Assembly: GCA_963674745.2 (NCBI GenBank)
Contig: CAXXDV010000001.1
Span: 32,001-96,000, forward strand
Reading direction: 5' to 3'
Source: Desulfosudaceae bacterium
Lineage (GTDB): Bacteria > Desulfobacterota > Desulfobacteria > Desulfobacterales > Desulfosudaceae
Length of the DNA stretch: 64,000 nucleotides
The position numbers and the translations under genes were made by a program. Of this stretch, positions 47,425 through 56,971 are shown piece after piece (the first letter of the stretch is position 1; each line of letters begins with the position of its first letter). The notes beneath the pieces are model-generated. The model had not been told where the DNA came from, made no database searches, and worked only from the letters and a program-made list of their open reading frames with translations.

Positions 47425-47989
47425 CCAGGGCAGAACGGGTATCATTGCAAGGGCAAGGCACCTGGCGTTCTTTGCGGTAACAGGTTCTCTCTTAAGCCTG
47501 ATTGTCTGTGTCCATATCCTTTCGGGTTGCGTCACACCAACGCCGAAACCGGCACCGGCACCGGCACCCTACCCGGAGAATATGCCGGCCGAGGTTATCG
47601 CCGATGAAATCGCCGGTACCGAAAAGGCCCTGTCAGAAATTACAGACGAACAACCCCCGGGTCAAAAGCCGGGCCTCTTTTTACGCCTGGCCATGCTGTA
47701 CGCTCATCCGGACAATCCGGACCGGAACTATTCCCGTGCCATTGATTATCTGGAACAATATATGAAGCTCGGAAAAACAGTGGATGCCGAATTCACCCTT
47801 TCACTGCTGACCCGCCTGTCAAAATGTCAGATCGTCAACAAAAAAGCCTGTGCCGAGCTGGCCGACCGCAATGAAGAAATCGAAAAAAACTTTCAGGCAC
47901 TGGCCCGGGAAAACCTTCAACTGAAACAGATGATTGAAAAGCTCAAACACCTGGACATTCAACTCGAGAAGAAAAGAAAAGCCTTTTGA
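47408..47989 (+). CDS. Lipoprotein with TPR-like helices and coiled coil (QseG/YfhG-like)
   Basis: LSGC lipobox, Pro-rich linker and C-terminal IEKLKHLDIQLEKKRK. Confidence 0.7.
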   Translation: MALPPNQGRTGIIARARHLAFFAVTGSLLSLIVCVHILSGCVTPTPKPAPAPAPYPENMPAEVIADEIAGTEKALSEITDEQPPGQKPGLFLRLAMLYAHPDNPDRNYSRAIDYLEQYMKLGKTVDAEFTLSLLTRLSKCQIVNKKACAELADRNEEIEKNFQALARENLQLKQMIEKLKHLDIQLEKKRKAF

Positions 47990-49140
47990 CTGACCTCACT
48001 GACGCAGCCCCTTCATATCACCTGATCACCGACCGGAAATCCCTTGAAGCGATCATTCCCGAACTGATGCATGAAAATGTCGTGGCCATGGATATTGAAG
48101 CCGACTCCATGTACCATTTTGCCGAACAGGTCTGCCTGATTCAGATCGCTACCGCCAAGCGATGCCTGCTGATAGACCCCCTGGCGGTTAATGACGTTTC
48201 TTCACTCAGACCGTTGTTTCAGGAAGCGGGCATAACCAAAATTTTTCATGGCGCCAGCTACGATGTCCGCTGTCTGGCGTTGTGCTACAACATGCAAATC
48301 AACAATCTGTTCGACACTGAAATCGCCTGCCGATTTCTCGGGTTAAGCGAAACCGGGTTAAACGCGGTACTTCAACAGACGTTTGACGTGGCCCTTGATA
48401 AAAAATATCAAAAAAAAGACTGGTCCCGCAGGCCCCTTTCCGACGAGATGCTGACATACGCCGCCCGGGATGTGCTCTATCTGATTCCCCTGTGGCGTCT
48501 ATTGAAAAAACAGTTGAAAGAAAAACAGCGAATGGCCTGGGTTGAAGAAGAATTTCGTATTATAAGCACTTCGCGGCCGGCTGACGAAACAGGCCGGCCC
48601 CTGTTTTTAAAATTCAAGGGTGCCGGCCGGCTTGATCGACGAAGCCTGGCGGTACTGGAATACCTGCTGAAAAAACGCCAGGACATAGCAAGAAAAAAAG
48701 ATCTGCCCCTGTTCAAAATTTTCAATACCCAGGCAATGATCCGGTTGGCTGAAGAAAAACCAACCAGTCGAAAAGCGCTGATGAGATCGGGAATTCTTTC
48801 GGAAAAACAGATGGACATGTACGCCGAATCGATTTGTCAGGCCATACGTAAAGGCCTTGGTCTGGAAGAAAAAGACCTTCCGGTTTATCCCCGCGAAAAA
48901 AGAAAACCGTTATCCCTTAAAGCGTCTCTCCGAATTAACGCGTTGAAACAATGGCGTGAAACAGCGGCTGAAAAATTCGGCATGGACTCCGGGCTGTTAC
49001 TGTCCAATGCCGTGGCCATGAGTATCGCCCGGAAAAACCCGCAGACCATTAAACAGCTTGATGATGTTGAAGAGATAAAACAATGGCAGAAAAAAGCACT
49101 CGGGCGGGAAATTATTGAAGTCCTGAATGCTATCTCCTGA
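47986..49140 (+). CDS. rnd: Ribonuclease D-like 3'-5' exonuclease with HRDC domains
   Basis: DIEADS, KIFHGASYD, LFDTEIA, DWSRRPL and YAARD motifs. Confidence 0.88.
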   Translation: MTDLTDAAPSYHLITDRKSLEAIIPELMHENVVAMDIEADSMYHFAEQVCLIQIATAKRCLLIDPLAVNDVSSLRPLFQEAGITKIFHGASYDVRCLALCYNMQINNLFDTEIACRFLGLSETGLNAVLQQTFDVALDKKYQKKDWSRRPLSDEMLTYAARDVLYLIPLWRLLKKQLKEKQRMAWVEEEFRIISTSRPADETGRPLFLKFKGAGRLDRRSLAVLEYLLKKRQDIARKKDLPLFKIFNTQAMIRLAEEKPTSRKALMRSGILSEKQMDMYAESICQAIRKGLGLEEKDLPVYPREKRKPLSLKASLRINALKQWRETAAEKFGMDSGLLLSNAVAMSIARKNPQTIKQLDDVEEIKQWQKKALGREIIEVLNAIS

Positions 49141-49173
49141 TTGGTTTGCCGGCATCGGTTTTAAGCCGGATTG

Positions 49174-49360
49174 GTGTTTAAGTGGTTATGTGATTATGTG
49201 GTTAAGTTGTCGGGGTTCGAGAAAGGGGGCTGGCCCGCTCTGCGGGAGCAAGGTTCGGGGTTTGAGGGTGTAAGGTTTTAGGGTTTTAGGGTTTCAGGTG
49301 GTTAAGTGTTTAAGTGGTTATGTGATTATGTGGTTAAGTTGCCGGGGTTTGAGAGGGGGG
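49174..49360 (+). repeat. G/T-skewed 8-nt-periodic tract with a ~55-bp direct duplication
   Basis: GTGTTTAAGTGGTTATGTGATTATGTGGTTAAGTTG.CGGGGTT.GAGA at 49174 and 49306, with GGTTTTAG units between. Confidence 0.8.
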
Positions 49361-49406
49361 ACGGTTTTGTCGGTGAAAGCTGTTTCCCGGAAAAGGAGAC
49401 ATCGTA

Positions 49407-50012
49407 GTGGAAGAATCCGTAACCTTTGACTGCGACGGATTAACATTATCTGGTCTGCTGCACCGGGCAGACGGTGACCGGGCGGCCCTGGTCACTCACC
49501 CGCATCCCCTTTACGGGGGCAACATGTACAATTCCGTGGTGGAAACCGTCGTGCGTGCTTACCGGAAAAAAGGATACGCGACCCTGCGCTTTGATTTCCG
49601 GGGAGCCGGCAGGAGCCAGGGGAGTTACAGCGACGGCCAAAAAGAACCGGAGGATATTGCCGCGGCCATCACCTACCTGTCAAATACCGGCATCAGCCGC
49701 CTTGACCTGGCCGGCTATTCCTTCGGCGCCTGGATATGCGCACGGGGCTACGACCGGTACCCCGGCATCGAGCGGATGATCCTTGTTTCGCCACCGGTTG
49801 CGTTCATCGATTTTGACGGTATCGGTGCGCTTTCGGTCCTGGACACGGTCATCACCGGCAGCCATGACGAATTTGCCCCGCCTGAACTCATTGAAAAAAT
49901 GATGCCCGCCTGGAACCCCGGGGCACGTTTTCATGTGATCGACGGAGCGGACCATTTTTACTTCGGTTTTGACCGGGAGTTGGAGCAAACAATATCAGAA
50001 AGCATAAAATAA
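49407..50012 (+). CDS. Alpha/beta fold hydrolase
   Basis: HPHPLYGGNM, GYSFG and GADHF motifs. Confidence 0.92.
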   Translation: MEESVTFDCDGLTLSGLLHRADGDRAALVTHPHPLYGGNMYNSVVETVVRAYRKKGYATLRFDFRGAGRSQGSYSDGQKEPEDIAAAITYLSNTGISRLDLAGYSFGAWICARGYDRYPGIERMILVSPPVAFIDFDGIGALSVLDTVITGSHDEFAPPELIEKMMPAWNPGARFHVIDGADHFYFGFDRELEQTISESIK

Positions 50013-50056
50013 TCTTTCAATCTTTCCCAAACCGTCGTGGCGGTTATCGTTTTAGC

Positions 50057-50171
50057 AGGGTTCCAGGATTCAAGGGGTCGAGGGGAATTGATTGCGTTTT
50101 TTATAATAGAATATAAAAAATCGCCCTACAGCAACCCCTTGACCCCTCGAATCCTTGGCCCCTTGGACCCT
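50057..50171. repeat. 8-nt-periodic inverted repeat element, copy B
   Basis: AGGGTTCCAGGATTCAAGGGGTCGAGGGG ... CCCCTTGACCCCTCGAATCCTTGGCCCCTTGGACCCT. Confidence 0.8.
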
Positions 50172-50179
50172 ATAGAACC

Positions 50180-50749
50180 ATGCGCCAGAAAAAAATTTCC
50201 AATGTCGTCGGTTTTGACGATGCCCCGTTTGCGAGAGACTACCGTGGACCGGTAACCGTGGTCGGTGCTGTTTTCGCCGGCCTTCGTCTGGACGGTGTTT
50301 TGACCGGAACCGTGGAAAAAGACGGGGACGATGCCGCCCGTTCCCTGGCAACGCTTATTCTTGAATCAAAATTCGCAGGGCACATCCGCCTGATCATGCT
50401 CCAGGGCATCGCCCTGGGCGGATTCAACGTGGTGGATGTCCCTCAACTTCAGAAAACAACCGGCTTGCCGGTACTGGTGGTGTCCCGCGTCAGTCCGGAC
50501 ATGGCGTCAATCAAAAAAGCGTTGCTGGCCGGCATTCCTGCCGGCAATAACAAATGGTCGCTCATCGAAAACCTGGGAGACATGGAAGCGGTCAACGGCG
50601 TTTTTATCCAGCGGGCCGGTATCAGCCGGGAGGATGCCGCTTCGGTTATCGGTCGCTTCAGCATCAACAGCCGCATCCCTGAGCCCATTCGCGTCGCCCA
50701 CCTGATTGCCGGTGCCATTGCAACCGGTCAAAGCCGTGGCGCGCCGTGA
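50180..50749 (+). CDS. DUF99 family protein (endonuclease V-like)
   Basis: GFDDAPF, DGDDA, GIALGGFNVVD and IPEPIRVAHLIA motifs. Confidence 0.9.
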   Translation: MRQKKISNVVGFDDAPFARDYRGPVTVVGAVFAGLRLDGVLTGTVEKDGDDAARSLATLILESKFAGHIRLIMLQGIALGGFNVVDVPQLQKTTGLPVLVVSRVSPDMASIKKALLAGIPAGNNKWSLIENLGDMEAVNGVFIQRAGISREDAASVIGRFSINSRIPEPIRVAHLIAGAIATGQSRGAP

Positions 50750-50926
50750 GCCTGGCATCAGATCCCCTTTAGAAACCGAATAATTGCGCTCCGATACGTT
50801 TTCGTGTAATATCCGGATATAATATTCTATAGAATTGTAATCGGGATAAGGCCGTTTCCAGAAAACAAATTTACGGAGCGCAAACGGTTTTAGATTTATC
50901 ATTTATAATTAATTGGAGAAAGAGCC

Positions 50927-51727
50927 ATGTTTACCAGCGGCAAAGCGATACGGATGGAACGCATCATGAACAGAAACACCGGCAAAACGGTTATTGTTCC
51001 CATGGATCACGGTGTAACCGCCGGACCCATCGAAGGGCTGATTGATATGGGCCAGGCAGTTAATGCCGTGGCTGAAGGTGGCGCTGACGCGGTCATCGGT
51101 CACCTTGGTCTGCCCAAATTCGGACATCGAAGCTATGGCCGGGACGTGGGCCTGATTCTGCATCTTTCCGCGGCCAGCATGCTCTCCCCCCTGCCCAACA
51201 AGAAAGTACTCGTCAACACCGTGGAGAACGCTTTGCGCGTGGGGGCCGACGGGGTTTCCATCCACATCAATGTGGGCGATGAAAACGAAGCGGAAATGCT
51301 CAAAGATTTCGGTCGCGTCGTGGTCGACTGCATTCACTGGGGCATGCCCCTGATTGCCATGATGTATCCCCGGGGCCCTAAAATTGAAGACGAAAAAAAC
51401 GTCGAGCACGTCAAAATCGCCGCCCGCATCGGCGCGGAGATGGGCGCCGACTTTGTGAAAACCAATTATACCGGCGATCCAGAGTCCTTTGCCGAAGTGG
51501 TTGAAGGGTGCCCCGCGCCCGTTCTGATCGCCGGCGGCACCAAAGCCGGTGACCAGGAAATGTTCAACATCATTGAAGGTGCCATGAAAGCCGGTGCCAA
51601 GGGCCTGTCAATCGGCCGAAACGCTTTTCAGCATAAAAACCCGACCCTGTTTGTCAAAGCGGCCTGCGCTATTGTTCATGGCGGCAAGACCGCAGATGAA
51701 GCCATGGAAATACTTAAGAAGGGGTAA
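50927..51727 (+). CDS. DhnA-type class I aldolase (ADH synthase AroA'-like)
   Basis: [21 protein letters not shown] and GRNAFQH motifs. Confidence 0.9.
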   Translation: MFTSGKAIRMERIMNRNTGKTVIVPMDHGVTAGPIEGLIDMGQAVNAVAEGGADAVIGHLGLPKFGHRSYGRDVGLILHLSAASMLSPLPNKKVLVNTVENALRVGADGVSIHINVGDENEAEMLKDFGRVVVDCIHWGMPLIAMMYPRGPKIEDEKNVEHVKIAARIGAEMGADFVKTNYTGDPESFAEVVEGCPAPVLIAGGTKAGDQEMFNIIEGAMKAGAKGLSIGRNAFQHKNPTLFVKAACAIVHGGKTADEAMEILKKG

Positions 51728-51738
51728 AGGCGTGCTGT

Positions 51739-53583
51739 TCACTGTTCAAGTTCGGCAACCTGCCGGCCATATTCTTTTTCTTTGTCATCCAATTTCCGGG
51801 AACACGTATCCAGGTCTTCATACAACCGTTCGATTTCAGTCTGGACCTCACTGAATTCCCGGGACAAACGGGCGATGCGCTTGCCGTCTCCGGCTTCCGA
51901 GGCCTCAACCAGTTTCATGTTCAACTGACTGGATTGGGCTTCTCCGGCCGTGATCTTTTTTTCTATCTCCCCTATCTTTTTTTTAAGCGGCGTAATGTCC
52001 CGGGACTTTTGCGCCAGAATGTCGGCCCGGCGCTTGCGCATGTCCTTTTTATTGACCGTTTTTGTTTGGCCTGATTTAGACGGCTGGCTTTCACTTCCGT
52101 CGGTTTCGTCCTCCCAGCCGACGCGTTCCAGAAAATCCGTATAACCGCCTTCAAACAGACTGATGCCGTTGCTTTGGAATATCAGCAACCGGTTGGCCAG
52201 TGCGTGGAGAAACATTTCATTATGGGTAACGAGAATAACGGCGCCTTTGAAGCGTTGGATCGCATCCATAAACGCGTCACAAGAATCCATGTCAAGATGA
52301 TTGGTCGGCTCGTCCAGAAGCAGCAGATTGGCCGGGCTGGCCAGAATCTTTCCCAGAAGGACCCGGCTCTTTTCACCACCGGACAGGACACCGATCTTTT
52401 TTAAGGCATTGTCTTTTTCAAACATCATGGTGCCGCAAATATCCCTGGCCCGTTGCCGACCGCAGCCGGTACTCATCACTTCTTCCTCGATGGTCAGATT
52501 TTCGTTCAGGTGAATGGTATTGGTCTGAGCGTAATAGGCGATACGGGTATTGGAATGAAGCGACCTTTTCCCTTTATCCGGCTCAAGGTCACCGGCCAGA
52601 AGGCGCAACAGCGTGGTTTTGCCGCTGCCGTTCTTGCCAATGACACCAATGCGATCATGAGCGTTTACCGCCAGGCTCAAATCCTTGACGAGGGTCCGTT
52701 CCGGCTGATAACCGAAACAGATGCCTCCGGCCTGCAATGGATGTTTGGCTGAAAAAGGGGCATAAGAAAACGAAAAATCCAGGGATTTGGACGCCTCCAG
52801 CTGCTCGGCCTGGGCCTGCTTTTCCAGCGTCTTGATGCGGGACTGAACCATACCGGCCAGCCGGGCCTTGGCCCTGAAACGCTGAATAAAAATCTCGGTT
52901 TCCTTGCGTTTTTTTTCCTCGTTTAAACGGGTCTTCTCGTAAACCTCTTCTTCGGCCTGAATCTGGCTGTAATATTTTTGCGTGTTGCCGGCGATCTTAC
53001 GGGTCTTTTTTCGATGAATGCCAAGCGTATGGGTTATCACCTGATCCATGAACGAACGGTCATGGGTAATCAGAAGCAGTTCACCCGGCCACTGCCGCAA
53101 GTAAACCGATAACCAGCGAATGGAAACCACGTCCAGGTAGTTGGTCGGTTCGTCGAGAAGCAGCAGATTCGGTTCGGAAAGAATGGCTTTGGCCAGGTTC
53201 AGCCGGACCTGGTAGCCACCGGAGAATTCGGTCGGTGACCGGTCCATGTCACTTTTCGTAAACCCCAGCCCGGCCAGGACCTTTTCCACCAGCCAGGTAT
53301 CATGCCGGTGATATTCCACCAGACCGAGCGCCCCCTCATCAATCACCCGGTCACGGGTAAAGTTGAGGTGCTGGGTCACATAACCCACTCGATATCCCCG
53401 GGAGATGGATATCGTTCCCTGGTCATAAGCTTCTTCACCGGTAATCATGCGCAGCAGTGTGGTCTTGCCGTGACCGTTGCGGCCGACCAGCCCCACCCGC
53501 TCACCGGTATTTATATCAAAACTGATATCATCCAGCAGACAATCCGACCCGAAATATTTGGAGACATTTATCGCTTTTATCAT
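51739..53583 (-). CDS. ABC-F family ATPase
   Basis: Two Walker A/B sets with DEPTN, no TM segments, coiled-coil tail. Confidence 0.95.
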   Translation of the reverse strand: MIKAINVSKYFGSDCLLDDISFDINTGERVGLVGRNGHGKTTLLRMITGEEAYDQGTISISRGYRVGYVTQHLNFTRDRVIDEGALGLVEYHRHDTWLVEKVLAGLGFTKSDMDRSPTEFSGGYQVRLNLAKAILSEPNLLLLDEPTNYLDVVSIRWLSVYLRQWPGELLLITHDRSFMDQVITHTLGIHRKKTRKIAGNTQKYYSQIQAEEEVYEKTRLNEEKKRKETEIFIQRFRAKARLAGMVQSRIKTLEKQAQAEQLEASKSLDFSFSYAPFSAKHPLQAGGICFGYQPERTLVKDLSLAVNAHDRIGVIGKNGSGKTTLLRLLAGDLEPDKGKRSLHSNTRIAYYAQTNTIHLNENLTIEEEVMSTGCGRQRARDICGTMMFEKDNALKKIGVLSGGEKSRVLLGKILASPANLLLLDEPTNHLDMDSCDAFMDAIQRFKGAVILVTHNEMFLHALANRLLIFQSNGISLFEGGYTDFLERVGWEDETDGSESQPSKSGQTKTVNKKDMRKRRADILAQKSRDITPLKKKIGEIEKKITAGEAQSSQLNMKLVEASEAGDGKRIARLSREFSEVQTEIERLYEDLDTCSRKLDDKEKEYGRQVAELEQ

Positions 53584-53621
53584 GTATTCTAAATCAACCT
53601 TCTTATATCATTCGGTAATTG

Positions 53622-54548
53622 TCAGGTTGTGCCATTGTTGAACAGGCCCGTCTTAGCGGAGACGGAGGCTTTTGCCGAAATTCGAAAGGCGCTGCAGGCC
53701 GGCGATTCCGTCCGACCTTTTCGACCGATGAGATAGAACTGTCGCGTCAGACGAACGCCCTTTATGGCCACTGATTTGACCAGCCCGGCAGATTCGGCTT
53801 CCCTGACCGCCAGGCGGGAAACAATGGAAATACCAACCTGGTGCTTTACGCCCTGGATAACCGCCTGGGTGCTGCCCAGTTCCGCCACGATATTCATTCC
53901 CCGGCTGCTCAAACCGGCTTCGGACAGTTTTTCCTCGATGGCCATCAGGGTGCCGGAGCCACGTTCACGAATGATAAACGGCTCTTTGGCCAGATCCTGT
54001 AAATCAATTTGACGGCGGCCGGCCCATTGATGGCCGTTGGGCAGAATTACCCGCAACTCGTCGTTCATAAGTTTCGTCTGAACAAGCCGTTTATCCTTGT
54101 TTCTGGCACCGACAACACCCAGTTCCAAGTTGCCCGCCAGCACCTCTCCTGTGATCTGCTGGGTGTCACCGGCTTTAAGCGAAACATAAACATCCGGATA
54201 TTCCTTAATAAAATGTCCGATCACGGCCGGCAGCAGATACCCGGCCGGAATCGTGCTCCCGCCGATGACCAGTTTACCCCGGACAACACCCTGGGTGGCC
54301 GCCAGGGCCGCTTCTGTTTCCTCATATACCGCCAGCAATCGGCCGGCATACTGATAAAGCAGCTCGCCGGCCCGGGTGGGAACCACTTTTTTTTCAAACC
54401 GGTCCAGCAACTGACAGCCGTAATGCGCTTCCACGTCCTTGATATGGCTGCTAACGGTCGGCTGGGAAAGGTGAATCTGCCGGGCCGCCCTGGAAAAGCT
54501 GCCCTGCTCGACAACCGCCCGGAATACTTTTAATCGCCATAAATCCAT
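53622..54548 (-). CDS. LysR family regulator (CysL / selenium-metabolism-associated type)
   Basis: SFSRAA..LSQPTVSSHIK, GGSTIP and RERGSGT motifs. Confidence 0.92.
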   Translation of the reverse strand: MDLWRLKVFRAVVEQGSFSRAARQIHLSQPTVSSHIKDVEAHYGCQLLDRFEKKVVPTRAGELLYQYAGRLLAVYEETEAALAATQGVVRGKLVIGGSTIPAGYLLPAVIGHFIKEYPDVYVSLKAGDTQQITGEVLAGNLELGVVGARNKDKRLVQTKLMNDELRVILPNGHQWAGRRQIDLQDLAKEPFIIRERGSGTLMAIEEKLSEAGLSSRGMNIVAELGSTQAVIQGVKHQVGISIVSRLAVREAESAGLVKSVAIKGVRLTRQFYLIGRKGRTESPACSAFRISAKASVSAKTGLFNNGTT

Positions 54549-54626
54549 TATTCGTCTCTTTTCTTTTCACCTACGGCACCTGATATCTCCTTTTATTCCA
54601 TTATGATGGAAAAATAAAACAAAAAA

Positions 54627-54686
54627 AGGGTTCAAGGGGGTGTTGTCGTTCACTTGGCCCCTTGACTCCTCGAATCCTTGAACCCT
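54627..54686. repeat. 8-nt-periodic inverted repeat element, copy C
   Basis: AGGGTTCAAGGGG ... CACTTGGCCCCTTGACTCCTCGAATCCTTGAACCCT. Confidence 0.75.
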
Positions 54687-54761
54687 TTTAATGCCAATCG
54701 ATCGAAGGAAACACAATTCAATTCGTTTCTGCAACAAATTTGAGAACGGCCGAAAAAACAC

Positions 54762-54813
54762 TTGACACCGACTACTTTGTGATACATATTGTATACAAAT
54801 GTATCACAAAGTA
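54762..54813 (+). promoter_or_regulatory. Promoter with a 41-bp near-perfect palindromic operator
   Basis: TTGACA at 54762. TACTTTGTGATACAT-ATTGTATACAA-ATGTATCACAAAGTA at 54773-54813, abutting the AGGAGG RBS. Confidence 0.8.
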
Positions 54814-54824
54814 AGGAGGGCGTC

Positions 54825-55277
54825 ATGACCGAAGACAGAAAAAAAGAAAAGGTTCTTCACACCCGCATTACCCCTGATCTGGAAAAACAGATCAGGGAGG
54901 AAGCCAGCACACTGGGCATTTCAGTTTCCAACCTGGTGCGCAACATCCTCTCCAACACCTTTGACCTGGTCGAAAATATCGTTTCCGACAGCGCTGAGAT
55001 CACACGTTCCGCGCGCAAACGGTCGGCCCAGGCAAGCGCCGGAAAACAGTCCTATTCGACCGCTGAACCCGCGCCCGCATCCCAACAGCTGACAATTCTG
55101 GGATGGCAGGAAGCCATTTTAAATCTCAATGCGGTCTGCGATCAGTGCAACGAAATCCTGAAAAAGGGAGGCCGGGCGGCCATCGGAATAGTTGAAGGCA
55201 GCGGTCGACGCCCGACAATCTGCTTAACCTGTCTCAAGGAGATAACCCATGAAAACGAAATCACTGACAATGAATAA
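54825..55277 (+). CDS. Ribbon-helix-helix protein with C-terminal CxxC..CxxC zinc ribbon
   Basis: VLHTRITPDLEKQIREEA..GISVSNLVRNIL. CDQC and CLTC. Confidence 0.75.
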   Translation: MTEDRKKEKVLHTRITPDLEKQIREEASTLGISVSNLVRNILSNTFDLVENIVSDSAEITRSARKRSAQASAGKQSYSTAEPAPASQQLTILGWQEAILNLNAVCDQCNEILKKGGRAAIGIVEGSGRRPTICLTCLKEITHENEITDNE

Positions 55278-56826
55278 CCATTTTGAACGACCGTATGCTT
55301 TCTCATCTCCCGGGTGCGACATGTTCAACCAGACGGGACGAATGGCGGGCCGATCATTCTCCCTGGCGTTGAACATCCTGGGTAACACGGAAAAACTTGT
55401 CAGCGATATCGTCCGCGACTCTTTTGTCGTTGCCGACGAGGTTGAGGCCCTGATTACCAGCGCATGGGGCCGGGCGGCAACCCTCAACACAGCCATCCAT
55501 GCGACACCGCGCTTCACCCGCGTATTCAGCGAACTGATCCGGATCATTGCCAGCTATCGAATTCATGCGGTAAAAGCCCGCTTTTCCCCCCCGGCCCGGG
55601 CGGAACGTTCGCTTGAAAAGCTTCACCAGCGAAACGCGGCCAGAATTTACGACCTGTGCGTGGAGATGCGCGGCGGCCTGATCAAAATCGGCCAGTTTGC
55701 CTCCACCTACATGAACGTCCTGCCACCGGCTTACAGCCAATATCTGTCCCTGCTTCAGGACAGGGTGCCACCCGTTCCCTTCGAAGCCATTATCCATCGC
55801 ATCGAATCTGAATTTAATCGACCGGCAGACCAAGTCTTCGCATGGATCGATCCCGAGCCGGTCGCAGCGGCTTCCCTGGCTCAGGTCCACCGTGCCCAAT
55901 TGCCTGACGGCACAAACGTGGTCATAAAGGTCCAGATGCCGGCCATCGAGCACACGGCCGAAATCGATCTGGCGGCCTTTAAAACAGCTGCAGACATGAT
56001 GAACCATTTTTTTCCCGCCCTGGGGCTGCCTGAAATCAGCAGGGCACTGACCGACTCGGTACGAAAAGAGCTTAACTACCAGGAAGAGCTGGCCAATATC
56101 CACTATTTCAAAAGGCATATCAATTCTGACCCGCGCGTTGTCGTGCCGAAAGTCTATCCCGAAGCCTCTACCCCGCGTGTCCTGACCATGGAAAGACTGG
56201 AAGGCGAAAGGCTGAGCCCTTTTCTGGAAACCGCCTCACCAGAGCGCCGCAACCGCCTGCTGACAGTGCTTGCGGAAAGCTTCTGCAGCCAGATTGTCGG
56301 CCACGGTTTCTTCCACGCCGACCCTCATCCGGGGAATATTTTCGTGCTGTCAGACGATCGGCTGGGGCTGATCGATTTCGGCTGCGTTGAATGTTTTTCG
56401 CCTGAAATCCACGCCTTGTATACAGAAATGATAGCGGCCATTCTGACCGGCAACGCCGTTAAAACAGCACGGCTTTTCGCAGACATGGGGTTCACCGGCG
56501 AAGCCGATACCAACGACTCACTCCATGAAATGGCAACGGATTTTATTGAACTTTTGATGCTTCAACCCGGGCAAAGCCTGGCAGATGTTGACCAGGCGCA
56601 AAAACTTGCCACAGGGCTGGAACTGATCCAAAAGTACCCCTCCATCCGGGTGCCCCGGCATTTTGTCCTTCTGGGACGTGTCCTGCTCACCCTGGGGGGC
56701 ATTATGATGAGCTATAACCCGGACATCAACGTTTTCCTGCTGATGTTCAACCAGATGAGCCGAAACCGACACGAGAAGAAGGACGCCGTAATGCAGGGAC
56801 ACGGCGTGCCGTGCCCAATAGGGTGA
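55249..56826 (+). CDS. ABC1/AarF/UbiB family atypical kinase
   Basis: IKIGQ, AAASLAQVH, VIKVQ, FHADPHPGN and IDFG motifs. Exact start uncertain. Confidence 0.92.
   Translation: MKTKSLTMNNHFERPYAFSSPGCDMFNQTGRMAGRSFSLALNILGNTEKLVSDIVRDSFVVADEVEALITSAWGRAATLNTAIHATPRFTRVFSELIRIIASYRIHAVKARFSPPARAERSLEKLHQRNAARIYDLCVEMRGGLIKIGQFASTYMNVLPPAYSQYLSLLQDRVPPVPFEAIIHRIESEFNRPADQVFAWIDPEPVAAASLAQVHRAQLPDGTNVVIKVQMPAIEHTAEIDLAAFKTAADMMNHFFPALGLPEISRALTDSVRKELNYQEELANIHYFKRHINSDPRVVVPKVYPEASTPRVLTMERLEGERLSPFLETASPERRNRLLTVLAESFCSQIVGHGFFHADPHPGNIFVLSDDRLGLIDFGCVECFSPEIHALYTEMIAAILTGNAVKTARLFADMGFTGEADTNDSLHEMATDFIELLMLQPGQSLADVDQAQKLATGLELIQKYPSIRVPRHFVLLGRVLLTLGGIMMSYNPDINVFLLMFNQMSRNRHEKKDAVMQGHGVPCPIG
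56793..56816 (+). repeat. Degenerate REP-like palindrome in the kinase 3' end
   Basis: GCAGGGACACGGCGTGCCGTGCCC has the same architecture as the GTAG REPs. Confidence 0.45.
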
Positions 56827-56971
56827 GGCCGTCAGGCTTGAACATCGAACACTGAACATTTATTCTAAAAAAAGTTGGCGCTTTTTGGGGGTGGGCGTGG
56901 AGGGCGCAGCAAGCGGCCTGCGACACAACAGAAGCGTTCGAGAGGACTTGACCGAAGGGTGAGACCTCGGG

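Noticed and set aside
49174..49360. CRISPR array
   Set aside because: Only two long copies with low-complexity octamers, no unique equal-length spacers and no cas genes.
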